Assembly (NCBI GenBank): GCA_902796505.1
Contig: CADBPA010000182.1
Location: forward strand, 1-26,529
Length of the DNA: 26,529 nt
Direction of reading: 5' to 3'
Origin: an uncultured Ruminococcus sp.
Lineage (GTDB): Bacteria > Bacillota > Clostridia > Oscillospirales > CAG-272
This document shows, piece after piece, positions 1 through 8,045 of this stretch (within the stretch, counting starts at the first letter, position 1; the number at the start of each line of letters is the position of its first letter). The position numbers were made by a program, and so were the translations under genes. A model generated the notes under the pieces. The model saw nothing but the letters and a program-made list of their open reading frames with translations, was not told the origin of the DNA and searched no databases.

Positions 1-558
1 ACCTACGCGACCTGGTGGATCCGTCAGGCGATCACCCGCGCGATCGCAGATCAGGCGCGCACCATCCGTATCCCGGTCCATATGGTGGAAACGATACATA
101 AGGTTTCGCGCACGGCGCGCCAGCTTCTTCAGGAGCTCGGCCGCGAGCCTACCACCGACGAGATCGCAAAGAGCCTCGGAATGACTCCCGAAAAGGTCCG
201 CGAGATCATGAAGATCGCGCAGGATCCCGTCTCTCTCGAAACGCCGATCGGCGAGGAAGAGGACAGCCATCTCGGCGATTTTGTGGAGGACAACGAATCT
301 CCCGCGCCGTCCGACAGCGCGTCCTACGCCCTTCTGCGCGAGCATCTTGCCAACGTTCTACACACGCTTTCGCCGCGAGAAGAGCAGGTGATCCGCCTGC
401 GCTTCGGTCTGGACGACGGCCGTCCGAGAACGCTTGAGGAGGTCGGAAAGCAGTTTGACATCACGCGCGAGCGCATCCGTCAGATCGAAGCCAAAGCCCT
501 TCGGAAACTCCGTCATCCGTCGAGATCCAAAACGCTCAAGGAGTATCTGTCCAACTGA
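1..558 (+). CDS. rpoD: RNA polymerase primary sigma factor SigA/RpoD, 3' part (5'-truncated by the window edge)
   Basis: Frame 1 is open from base 1: [32 protein letters not shown] (regions 2.4/3.0) and [34 protein letters not shown] (region 4.2 HTH); TGA at 556-558. Confidence 0.98.
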   Translation, partial: TYATWWIRQAITRAIADQARTIRIPVHMVETIHKVSRTARQLLQELGREPTTDEIAKSLGMTPEKVREIMKIAQDPVSLETPIGEEEDSHLGDFVEDNESPAPSDSASYALLREHLANVLHTLSPREEQVIRLRFGLDDGRPRTLEEVGKQFDITRERIRQIEAKALRKLRHPSRSKTLKEYLSN

Positions 559-616
559 CGGGCAATCTGCACAAAAAGAGCGCGAAATTTTGTGCGACTC
601 TGCGGTCCGTCCGCTC

Positions 617-645
617 TTGACATTTGCGTACGATTGTTGTAAAAT
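617..645 (+). promoter_or_regulatory. Sigma-A promoter for the lipoprotein-SGNH pair
   Basis: TTGACA (617-622), 17-bp spacer, TAAAAT (640-645); 31 bp upstream of the ATG at 677. Confidence 0.85.
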
Positions 646-676
646 AAAAACAGATAAAATATTTAAGAGGTTCAGC

Positions 677-2005
677 ATGAAGAAAATTATTGCTTTGCTC
701 CTTTGCTTGTTCTGCGCGGTGACGGTTCTTGCCTCCTGCGAGGAGGAGATCGGAGCTTATCGCGATCAGTACGATTATGAAGAAGAAGTCATCGACGACG
801 TTGCCGTTCATATCTACGTCCCCTGCGAGGCGGGAACGTCGGAGAACGCCATCAGCACCGTCAGCGGAAGAATCGCCACCGAATGTGCGGAGAGTTTTAC
901 CGCGACGGTGACCATGCACTATTTTGATTCTTCCGAGTATCAGCAGAAGGTGCTCGCGGCGACGGCGGCAAACAAGGCTGCCGCGGATGAGATGACGCGG
1001 AAGCTGACCGAGAAAAACCGCGCGATCGTCCTGAAAGAGGATGAACTCACAAAACTGGACGCCCGCAATGAAACGCGCGCTCAGGAAATCAAAAACGAGA
1101 TCGCGGAGCTGAAAAAGCAGCCGATCTCCTATTCGGTCGATCTCGTCCTCATCAACAGCGCCGAAATGATGAACGCGCTGAAAGAGAGCGGAATGCTTTC
1201 GGATCTGACGCCGTTTCTTTCGCAGAACGCGTACGGCCGGCTGAATACCAAGATCACCAAAGCACTTCTTGACGCCTCGATGATCGACGGCAAGTATTTC
1301 GCCATCCCGAACAATCACATCCTGACCGGTGGCTATCAACTGCTTGTGATCGACAAAGCGATCGCCCGCGACGAGCTTTCCTACAGCCCGCGCGAGTTGA
1401 AAGCGCTTCGCAGCATGGACGAGGCGGTCCAACTGATGGGCGAGAGCAACGCGCAGCGGTGCGCCAAGGAACTTGCGAATATGCGGTATGAAGATATTGC
1501 AAGGCTCGAAGAGGAAGGGAATTACGTCAATATCATCGCCACGCCGTCGGTGGACGCGGAGGAAGCCTTCCTTTCGGCTTTCGCCGTTGCCAACGCCGTC
1601 GACGATACCGAGACGGTGGGCGCAGTTTCCGTCTCCGCAGACCGCGCGATGCAGATCATCTACGCGCTGAACACCGACGAGAAGCTGCACAATCTCTTCC
1701 TGTACGGATTTGAATCGGCAAACTACAAGGTCGCCTCTGTCGAAAACGGAAAAACCGTGATCACCCGCGCGGGGATCAACGACGCCGACCTCTATATCAT
1801 CGACCTGCTTTACGCCGGCGACCAATATCTCTCCTATTACATTGCCGACGGTGATTTCGTCTCCGCTTCCGTCAGAGTCTGGAACGCCGAGGCGGAAGCC
1901 AACGGCATTCAGCACAACAAGTCCACCGACGATCCGATCCTGCCGCCGGAACCCATTACCGAAGATCCGACGGAAGAACCGAGTGGGGAACCGAGTAATC
2001 CTTAA
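677..2005 (+). CDS. Lipoprotein resembling carbohydrate ABC solute-binding proteins (LplA-like), 442 aa
   Basis: Start reassigned to ATG 677 (AAGAGG SD, promoter upstream). Signal peptide II MKKIIALLLCLFCAVTVLAS-C with lipobox LASC. SBP-like segments VDLVLI...GMLSDLTPFL and MIDGKYFAIPNN. Pro/Glu/Thr-rich C-terminal tail. The family call is by motif recall. Confidence 0.7.
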   Translation: MKKIIALLLCLFCAVTVLASCEEEIGAYRDQYDYEEEVIDDVAVHIYVPCEAGTSENAISTVSGRIATECAESFTATVTMHYFDSSEYQQKVLAATAANKAAADEMTRKLTEKNRAIVLKEDELTKLDARNETRAQEIKNEIAELKKQPISYSVDLVLINSAEMMNALKESGMLSDLTPFLSQNAYGRLNTKITKALLDASMIDGKYFAIPNNHILTGGYQLLVIDKAIARDELSYSPRELKALRSMDEAVQLMGESNAQRCAKELANMRYEDIARLEEEGNYVNIIATPSVDAEEAFLSAFAVANAVDDTETVGAVSVSADRAMQIIYALNTDEKLHNLFLYGFESANYKVASVENGKTVITRAGINDADLYIIDLLYAGDQYLSYYIADGDFVSASVRVWNAEAEANGIQHNKSTDDPILPPEPITEDPTEEPSGEPSNP

Positions 2006-2032
2006 ATAGTGATTTTCTGAAGGGAACAGACC

Positions 2033-2683
2033 ATGGAACTGATCGGTAAAAAAATCGCATTTCTCGGAGACAGCATCACGCAAGGCTGCGGCTGCTCCAC
2101 GTTTGAAAACGGATTTGTCGGCGTTTTCGGCAGAAAGACCGGCGCCGAAGCGCAGAATTACGGCATCGGAGGCACGCGCATCGCAAGAAAGCATCGCCGC
2201 AGCGCCGATCCGATCTGGGATCAATGCTTTCTCGATCGCGTCGAAACCATGGACCGGGACGCCGACTGCGTGGTCGTATTCGGCGGAACGAACGACTTCG
2301 GACACGGAGACGGCGGCATCGGCGTATTTGAGGACCGCGATGAATTCACCTTCTACGGTGCGCTTCACAGCCTGATCAACCGTTTGATCTACCGTTATCC
2401 CGATAAGAAGATCGTTTTTATGACGCCGCTCCATCGCACAAGCGAGAATATAACGACCAATGAGATCGGACTTCCGCGCGTGAAGCTCGTGGAATACGTC
2501 AGGGCGATCCGGGAGGTCTGCGAGTACTATTCGATCCCGGTGATCGACCTTTACGCCGAATCCGGCCTTCAGCCGGCGGTCGAGATCCTCAAACGGCTCT
2601 ATATGCCGGATGGACTGCATCCGAACGACGCCGGCGCACAGAAGCTTGCCGCCGTCGTGGAAACCGGGCTTCGCCGTCTTTGA
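2033..2683 (+). CDS. SGNH/GDSL-family hydrolase (esterase), no signal peptide
   Basis: Block I FLGDSITQG, block II YGIGG, block III GGTND, block V DGLHPN; AAGGGA SD upstream. Confidence 0.93.
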   Translation: MELIGKKIAFLGDSITQGCGCSTFENGFVGVFGRKTGAEAQNYGIGGTRIARKHRRSADPIWDQCFLDRVETMDRDADCVVVFGGTNDFGHGDGGIGVFEDRDEFTFYGALHSLINRLIYRYPDKKIVFMTPLHRTSENITTNEIGLPRVKLVEYVRAIREVCEYYSIPVIDLYAESGLQPAVEILKRLYMPDGLHPNDAGAQKLAAVVETGLRRL

Positions 2684-2690
2684 TCCGATC

Positions 2691-2725
2691 CGGGGAGTTG
2701 CTTTTCGCGGCTCCCCGATCCTTTT
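2691..2725 (+). terminator. Probable intrinsic terminator after the SGNH gene
   Basis: CGGGGAG (2691-2697) / CTCCCCG (2711-2717) stem followed by ATCCTTTT. Confidence 0.6.
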
Positions 2726-2801
2726 GCCCTGCCCGACGCGGCCCGGATCGCGTCCGGCGCACTTTTTTCAGAATTTATTTTAAATATTTTTCAAAAAGGG
2801 C

Positions 2802-2830
2802 TTGACAAATACAACATTTTGTGATATGAT
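2802..2830 (+). promoter_or_regulatory. Strong sigma-A promoter of the tRNA pair
   Basis: TTGACA (2802-2807), 17 bp, extended -10 TGa-TATGAT (2825-2830), AT-rich UP-like tract at about 2763-2797. Confidence 0.9.
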
Positions 2831-2852
2831 ATAAAGGCTCTGAGAGATAGAT

Positions 2853-2926
<74 letters not shown>

Positions 2927-2929
2927 CGT

Positions 2930-3006
2930 GCGCTGCTAGCTCAGTTGGATAGAGTGCCTGGCTACGAACCAGTAGGTCGAGGGTTCGAGTCCCCCGCAGC
3001 GCGCCA
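2930..3006 (+). tRNA. tRNA-Arg (anticodon ACG)
   Basis: Acceptor GCGCTGC/GCAGCGC, D loop with GG and A20, anticodon loop CTACGAA, T loop TTCGAGT, G73, encoded CCA; 77 nt, 3 nt after tRNA-Gly. Confidence 0.95.
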
Positions 3007-3042
3007 AAAGGCATATTTGGCTTAGCCGAATATGTCTTTTTT
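3006..3042 (+). terminator. Intrinsic terminator after the tRNAs
   Basis: AAAAGGCATATTTGG-cttag-CCGAATATGTCTTTT hairpin (with G-U pairs) ending in a T run. Confidence 0.85.
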
Positions 3043-3070
3043 CATTATAAAATATCGAAAGGAGAAGCGT

Positions 3071-3925
3071 ATGGAGATGGATCTTTGCAATCTATCGGTG
3101 ATCCGGTCGCTGATGGCGGAAGAGGGGATCGCCTTCCGCAAGGAATTCGGGCAGAACTTCCTGATCAATCCGAAGGTCCCGCAGCGCATTGCCGAAAACT
3201 GCACCGACGAGGCGGATTCCATGATTCTGGAGATCGGCCCCGGAATCGGATGCCTGACGAAAGAATTGGCGATCCGATACGCGAAAGTCGTCGCCGTGGA
3301 GATCGATCGCGGTCTGATCCCGATCCTCGCCAAAACGCTCGCCGATCATCCGAACGTGACCGTGCTGAATCAGGACGTCATGAAAGTCGATCTACCGCGG
3401 CTGGTGCAGGAATATGCCGGCGGAAAGCCGGTCAGCGTTTGCGCCAATCTGCCGTACTATATCACGACGCCGATTTTGATGTACCTTCTGGAGTCCGGCG
3501 TTCGCTTCTCATCGATCACCGTGATGGTGCAGAATGAAGTCGCGGACAGGCTCTGCGCCGCGGCGGGAGACGCCGATTACGGACAGATCACCGCGATGAT
3601 CGGCTATTACGGACGGGTAAAAAGGCTTTTTCGCGTCACGGCGGGATCTTTTACCCCTGCGCCGAAAGTGGACAGCGCGGTGGTAAGGATCGATCTTTAT
3701 GAAGAATCCCCCTTTACCGTTCGCGATTTCGCTTTTTTTCAGAATATCGTCCGCGGCGCTTTTGAGATGCGCAGAAAAACGCTGGTCAACGCGCTTTCCT
3801 CGAAACTCTCTTTGCCGAAAGACCGTATCGCGGCGGCGCTTGCCGAACTCGGCTTTTCCGAAACCGTCCGCGGCGAAAAGCTTTCCACGAAAGATTTCGT
3901 CGATCTCTCTGGTCTCCTTTTATGA
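3071..3925 (+). CDS. rsmA: 16S rRNA (adenine-1518/1519-N6) dimethyltransferase RsmA/KsgA
   Basis: KEFGQNFL, ILEIGPGIG SAM-binding motif, VEIDR, ANLPYYITTPI, PAPKVDSAVV, RRKTLVN. Start at ATG 3071 after a GAAAGGAG SD. Confidence 0.97.
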   Translation: MEMDLCNLSVIRSLMAEEGIAFRKEFGQNFLINPKVPQRIAENCTDEADSMILEIGPGIGCLTKELAIRYAKVVAVEIDRGLIPILAKTLADHPNVTVLNQDVMKVDLPRLVQEYAGGKPVSVCANLPYYITTPILMYLLESGVRFSSITVMVQNEVADRLCAAAGDADYGQITAMIGYYGRVKRLFRVTAGSFTPAPKVDSAVVRIDLYEESPFTVRDFAFFQNIVRGAFEMRRKTLVNALSSKLSLPKDRIAAALAELGFSETVRGEKLSTKDFVDLSGLLL

Positions 3926-3957
3926 GAAAATCCGTTGCCTTTCGGCAACGGATTTTC
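3926..3957. terminator. Bidirectional terminator between convergent rsmA and glpK
   Basis: Perfect 14-bp stem GAAAATCCGTTGCC / GGCAACGGATTTTC with a 4-nt loop. Confidence 0.9.
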
Positions 3958-3958
3958 G

Positions 3959-5452
3959 TTAGTTTTCTTTCCAGACGAGCGCGCGTTCCACCGCACGCCG
4001 CCATTCTTTGATATGCTGATCCCGCCACTCGTCGGTTTGTCCGGGCGTGAAGAGCCGTTCGATCGCGCGATTTTCGCGGATCTGATCCACGCTGTCGTAT
4101 GCTCCGACGGCGAGTCCGCAGAGATACGCCGCGCCGAGCGCCGTCGTTTCCACGCAGGCCGGGCGTTCGATCGGAATGCCGAGGATGTCCGATTGAAAGC
4201 TGAGAAGGAGATTGTTGGCGCTTGCGCCGCCGTCCACTTTGAGCTGACGGACGCAGATCCCGGTCGTGTTTTCCATCAGGCGGATCACATCCGCCGTCTG
4301 ATAGGCGAGCGATTCGAGCGTTGCGCGGACGATATGATATTTCGTCGTGGCGCGGGTGATGCCGATGATGATGCCGCGCGCATACGGATCCCACCAGGGA
4401 GCGCCGAGCCCCTGGAAAGCGGGAACGACCATCACGCCGCCCGAATCCGGGACTTTGGAGGCGTAATATTCGCTGTCCGCCGCAGAATCGATCACACGAA
4501 GCCCGTCGCGCAGCCATTGGATCGCCGCGCCGCAGGTAAAGACCGATCCTTCCAGCGCGTAGTAGGTCTTGCCTCCGAGCCCCCATGCGACCGTTGTGAT
4601 CAGGCCGTTGGTGGTCATATAAGGCTTTTCTCCGGTATTCATCAGAAGGAACGCGCCGGTGCCGTAGGTATTTTTCAGCTCGCCTTCCGAAAAACAGCAT
4701 TGCCCGAACAAAGCAGCCTGCTGGTCACCCGCTACGCCGCCGATCGGCAGCTGTGCGCCGAGAATATTGCGATCGGTATAGCCGAAAATGCCGGAGGAGG
4801 GAAGAACTTCGGGGAGCATCGACCTCGGAATACGGAAGAAGGAGATCAGCTCGTCGTCCCAGCTCAGCGTGTGGATATTGAAGAGCATGGTACGCGAAGC
4901 GTTGGAAACGTCGGTCGCGTGAACGCGGCCTCCGGTCAGATTCCAGATGAGCCAGCTGTCTACCGTTCCGAAAGCCAGCTCGCCTTTTTCCGCGCGCTCC
5001 TGCGCTCCTTCCACGTGATCGAGGATCCAGCGGATCTTGGTCGCGGAGAAATACGGGTCGATCAGCAGACCGGTCTTTTCCTTGATCGTCTCCTCCATGC
5101 CGTCGTGGACCAGCTGTTCGCAGTATTTCGCCGTTCTGCGGCATTGCCAGACGATCGCGTTATAGATCGGTTGTCCGGTTTTTTTATCCCAGACGATCGT
5201 CGTTTCGCGCTGGTTGGTGATACCGATCCCGTAGACCTCGTCCCAGCTTCCGCCGATTCGCAGAAGCGCTTCCGCGGCGACCGCGATCTGTGTGGACCAG
5301 ATGGTCATCGGATCGTGTTCGACCCAGCCTTCCTGAGGGAAAATCTGCGCGAATTCCCGCTGACCGACGCTCGCGATCTTTCCGCTTTTATCAAAGAGGA
5401 TACAACGGGAACTTGTCGTTCCCTGGTCAAGAGCCATGATGTATTTTTTCAT
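3959..5452 (-). CDS. glpK: Glycerol kinase
   Basis: [85 protein letters not shown]. Confidence 0.98.
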   Translation of the reverse strand: MKKYIMALDQGTTSSRCILFDKSGKIASVGQREFAQIFPQEGWVEHDPMTIWSTQIAVAAEALLRIGGSWDEVYGIGITNQRETTIVWDKKTGQPIYNAIVWQCRRTAKYCEQLVHDGMEETIKEKTGLLIDPYFSATKIRWILDHVEGAQERAEKGELAFGTVDSWLIWNLTGGRVHATDVSNASRTMLFNIHTLSWDDELISFFRIPRSMLPEVLPSSGIFGYTDRNILGAQLPIGGVAGDQQAALFGQCCFSEGELKNTYGTGAFLLMNTGEKPYMTTNGLITTVAWGLGGKTYYALEGSVFTCGAAIQWLRDGLRVIDSAADSEYYASKVPDSGGVMVVPAFQGLGAPWWDPYARGIIIGITRATTKYHIVRATLESLAYQTADVIRLMENTTGICVRQLKVDGGASANNLLLSFQSDILGIPIERPACVETTALGAAYLCGLAVGAYDSVDQIRENRAIERLFTPGQTDEWRDQHIKEWRRAVERALVWKEN

Positions 5453-5470
5453 TGATTTTTCCTTTCAGGC

Positions 5471-5501
5471 AAAAAAATCCGGGCAGAATTCGCCCGGATT
5501 T
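5471..5501 (-). terminator. Intrinsic terminator after khpA (minus strand)
   Basis: 10-bp stem AAATCCGGGC/GCCCGGATTT (5475-5501); on the minus strand the 3' arm runs into a T7 tract (A7 at 5471-5477). Confidence 0.85.
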
Positions 5502-5506
5502 CTTTG

Positions 5507-5740
5507 TTATTTGATTTCGACGGTCACGCGCTTACCGCAGGTATTGGCAGCAGCCTTCATCACCTGGCGAATCGCTTTCGCAATTCTTCCGTGATGCCCG
5601 ATCACCATACCGGTATCGGATTCCGCAACGGTAAGAGTCAATTCAATATCGTCGCCTTCCACGTTTTCTTCCACGTGAACGGCATCGGGAGTATCAACGA
5701 TCGCGCGCGCAATATCCGTAAGTAATTTTTTGAAATCCAT
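5507..5740 (-). CDS. khpA: KH-domain RNA-binding protein KhpA (YlqC/UPF0109)
   Basis: 77 aa with the KH GxxG loop GMVIGHHGRIAKAIR and the IARAIVDTPDAV N-terminus; conserved position after rpsP. Confidence 0.93.
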   Translation of the reverse strand: MDFKKLLTDIARAIVDTPDAVHVEENVEGDDIELTLTVAESDTGMVIGHHGRIAKAIRQVMKAAANTCGKRVTVEIK

Positions 5741-5795
5741 GCGACGTTTTTCTCCGCGGTCGACCGCGGAGTTTTTTACTCCTTATCGATCTGAA

Positions 5796-6041
5796 TTACT
5801 GGATGATCTCGGACTTTTTCAGAAGAGATCTGACGGTTTCGGTCGGCTGAGCGCCGCACTTGATCCACTTCTGAGCCTTCTCGGCGTCGATATTGATGAC
5901 GGCCGGCTCTTTCATCGGATCATAGTAACCGATCTCCTCGATGAATTTTCCGTCGCGCGAGGTTCTCTCGTCCGCAACGACGACGCGATAGAAGGGAACC
6001 TTCTTCGAGCCGAGTCTCTTGAGTCTGATTTTTACTGCCAT
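5796..6041 (-). CDS. rpsP: 30S ribosomal protein S16
   Basis: [42 protein letters not shown]...GAQPTETV; GGAGG SD. Confidence 0.99.
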   Translation of the reverse strand: MAVKIRLKRLGSKKVPFYRVVVADERTSRDGKFIEEIGYYDPMKEPAVINIDAEKAQKWIKCGAQPTETVRSLLKKSEIIQ

Positions 6042-6092
6042 TTTTGTTTTCCTCCAAAATGATTTTTTTATATTTTCAGCAGAAATAAAAAC

Positions 6093-7430
6093 TTACATAG
6101 GCGGCAATTTCATGCCGGCAAGGCGGCGTTTTCCGCCGGGACCGGAGAACTGCTTCATCATTTTCTTCATCTGATCGAATTGCTTGAGAAGCTTGTTCAC
6201 GTCCTCGACCTTCGTTCCCGATCCGAGCGCGATGCGCTTGCGGCGGGATCCGTTGATGACTTCGGGGTGCAGGCGTTCGTCCGGCGTCATAGACAGAATG
6301 ATCGCTTCGGTTCGGTCCATCTGTTTTTCGTCCACCTTGGCGTCTTTAAGCCCTTTGTTGGTCGCGGCGCCGGGAAGCATACCGAGGATCTGATCGAGAT
6401 TGCCCATCTTCTTGAGCTGGCGCATCTGCGCGAGGAAGTCTTCGAGAGAGAAGGTCTGCTGGCGGATCTTCTTTTCCAGCTCCGCGGCGTTTTTCTGATC
6501 GAACGCAGCCTCGGCTTTTTCGATCAGCGAAAGCACGTCTCCCATACCGAGGATGCGGGACGCCATACGGTCGGGATGGAAAAGCTCCAGTGCGTCCATT
6601 TTCTCGCCGGTACCGATGAATTTGATCGGTTTGCCGGTGATATACTTGACCGAGAGCGCAGCGCCTCCGCGCGTGTCGCCGTCGATCTTGGTCAGAACGA
6701 CGCCGGTGATGTCGAGCAGGTCGTTGAAGGATTTTGCGACGTTGACCGCGTCCTGACCGGTCATTGCGTCCACGACGAGCAGGATCTCGTCGGGGTGAAC
6801 GGTCTCCTTAATGGTTTTCAGCTCCGCCATCAGTTTCTCGTCGATATGCAGGCGGCCGGCGGTATCGATGATCACAAAGTCAAGCCCCTGCTTTTTCGCG
6901 TGTTCGATCCCGGCTTTCGCGATCTCGATCGGGGAAATTTTCGTTCCCATATCGAAAACCGGAACGCCGACCGACTCGCCCACGATCTTCAGCTGATCGA
7001 CGGCTGCCGGACGGTAGACGTCGCACGCGACGAGCAGCGGCCGCTTGCCTTTGCTCTTGTACATCGCGGCGATCTTGCCCGAATGCGTGGTTTTTCCCGC
7101 GCCCTGCAGACCGACCATCATCACGACCGTCGGCGGATTCGGGGCAATATTGATCTTCGGGGATTCCGAGCCCATCAGGCGAATGAGTTCTTCATTGACG
7201 ATCTTGACGATCTGCTGCGCCGGGAGAAGGCTTTCGAGAACCTCCTGACCGACCGCGCGCTCGGTGACCGATTTGGTAAATTCCTTGACGACTTTGAAGT
7301 TGACGTCGGCTTCCAGGAGGGCGAGTTTGACCTCGCGCATTCCTTCTTTGACGTCGGCTTCGGTCAGTTTTCCTTTGCTGCGAAAGCGCTTAAAGGCGTT
7401 CGCGAGTTTTTCCGTAAGACTTTGAAACAT
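6093..7430 (-). CDS. ffh: Signal recognition particle protein Ffh
   Basis: GLQGAGKTT, DVYRPAA, DTAGRL, TKIDGDTRGGAALS, FHPDRMASRILGMGD, Met-rich M domain. Confidence 0.99.
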   Translation of the reverse strand: MFQSLTEKLANAFKRFRSKGKLTEADVKEGMREVKLALLEADVNFKVVKEFTKSVTERAVGQEVLESLLPAQQIVKIVNEELIRLMGSESPKINIAPNPPTVVMMVGLQGAGKTTHSGKIAAMYKSKGKRPLLVACDVYRPAAVDQLKIVGESVGVPVFDMGTKISPIEIAKAGIEHAKKQGLDFVIIDTAGRLHIDEKLMAELKTIKETVHPDEILLVVDAMTGQDAVNVAKSFNDLLDITGVVLTKIDGDTRGGAALSVKYITGKPIKFIGTGEKMDALELFHPDRMASRILGMGDVLSLIEKAEAAFDQKNAAELEKKIRQQTFSLEDFLAQMRQLKKMGNLDQILGMLPGAATNKGLKDAKVDEKQMDRTEAIILSMTPDERLHPEVINGSRRKRIALGSGTKVEDVNKLLKQFDQMKKMMKQFSGPGGKRRLAGMKLPPM

Positions 7431-7433
7431 AAT

Positions 7434-7793
7434 TTACAACGCCTTTGCCAAAATATTTTCGATGGCGGACGAGAGCATCTTCGCTTGTTCGCGCGATTCC
7501 TCGTCCTGCCGCCCGGCGAGCCAGCGCTCGACCGCGCGCAAAACGTCCGCCTGCTCCTTGATGGCAGAGAAGTCCTCGGCAAGATGCAGGCGCTCCTCCA
7601 GAAAGAGAAGCTGTTCTTCGGCTTTTTTGATGATATGGCGGACGCCCTGCCGGGAGATCTTTTCGCCGTCCGCGATCTCCGCGAGCGAAAGATCGTCCTC
7701 ATAGTAGGCGAGCATGACCGAGCGCGTTCGCTCGTCCAGCACGTTGCCGTAAAAATCAAGAAGATAGGCGATCCGCAGATTCTTTTCGAACAT
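7434..7793 (-). CDS. ylxM: YlxM / UPF0122 HTH protein (SRP-associated)
   Basis: Start reassigned to ATG 7793 (MFEKNLRIAYLLDFYG). Motifs YYEDDLSLAEIA and ISRQGVRHIIKKAEEQL. Immediately upstream of ffh. Confidence 0.93.
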   Translation of the reverse strand: MFEKNLRIAYLLDFYGNVLDERTRSVMLAYYEDDLSLAEIADGEKISRQGVRHIIKKAEEQLLFLEERLHLAEDFSAIKEQADVLRAVERWLAGRQDEESREQAKMLSSAIENILAKAL

Positions 7794-7836
7794 GATCTTC
7801 ACCGTCCGGAAAAGGTGTAAAACATTTTGCTTTACA

Positions 7837-7865
7837 AGTATAACACATCCTTCGCCGTTTGTCAA
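7837..7865 (-). promoter_or_regulatory. Sigma-A promoter of the ylxM-ffh-rpsP-khpA operon
   Basis: Minus strand: TTGACA (7865-7860), 17 bp, extended -10 TGt-TATACT (7842-7837). Confidence 0.88.
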
Positions 7866-7977
7866 GTCTTTTTTTAAAAAAATATTGCGCGGATCTTCTG
7901 CGGCGTCCCAAAAGGACTTCCGGGAGAGATTTATTTAAATTATTGCGCGCAAAAAGAAGCATTTCAACCGGAAAGAC

Positions 7978-8006
7978 TTGACAAGAAGGATCCGATATGA
8001 TAAAAT
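7978..8006 (+). promoter_or_regulatory. Sigma-A promoter of the glycogen operon
   Basis: TTGACA (7978-7983), 17 bp, extended -10 TGa-TAAAAT (8001-8006). Confidence 0.88.
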
Positions 8007-8045
8007 ATGAAGAGAAATGAAATACTAACGACGAGGAGGAGCGCT

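Noticed and set aside
536-2620. 694-aa minus-strand ORF, and similar long shadows at 3935-5455, 6180-7820, 13878-16244, 16139-17848, 22343-23464 and 23872-25323
   Set aside because: All are antisense shadows of well-supported genes, with no SD, promoter or domain signature.
2731-2758. Second hairpin (GCC-C-GACGCG / CGCGTC-C-GGC) upstream of the tRNA promoter as a REP or small RNA
   Set aside because: Single copy, imperfect, GC-rich context, and no promoter or terminator of its own.
8007-8045. Longer N-termini given by the ORF track (glgB 8007; also 434, 3032, 7865, 13677, 20390, 20396, 22316, 23698, 24382, 26083, 26165)
   Set aside because: These upstream starts overlap promoters, terminators or neighbouring genes, or lack an SD, whereas the downstream starts generally follow SD-like sequences.
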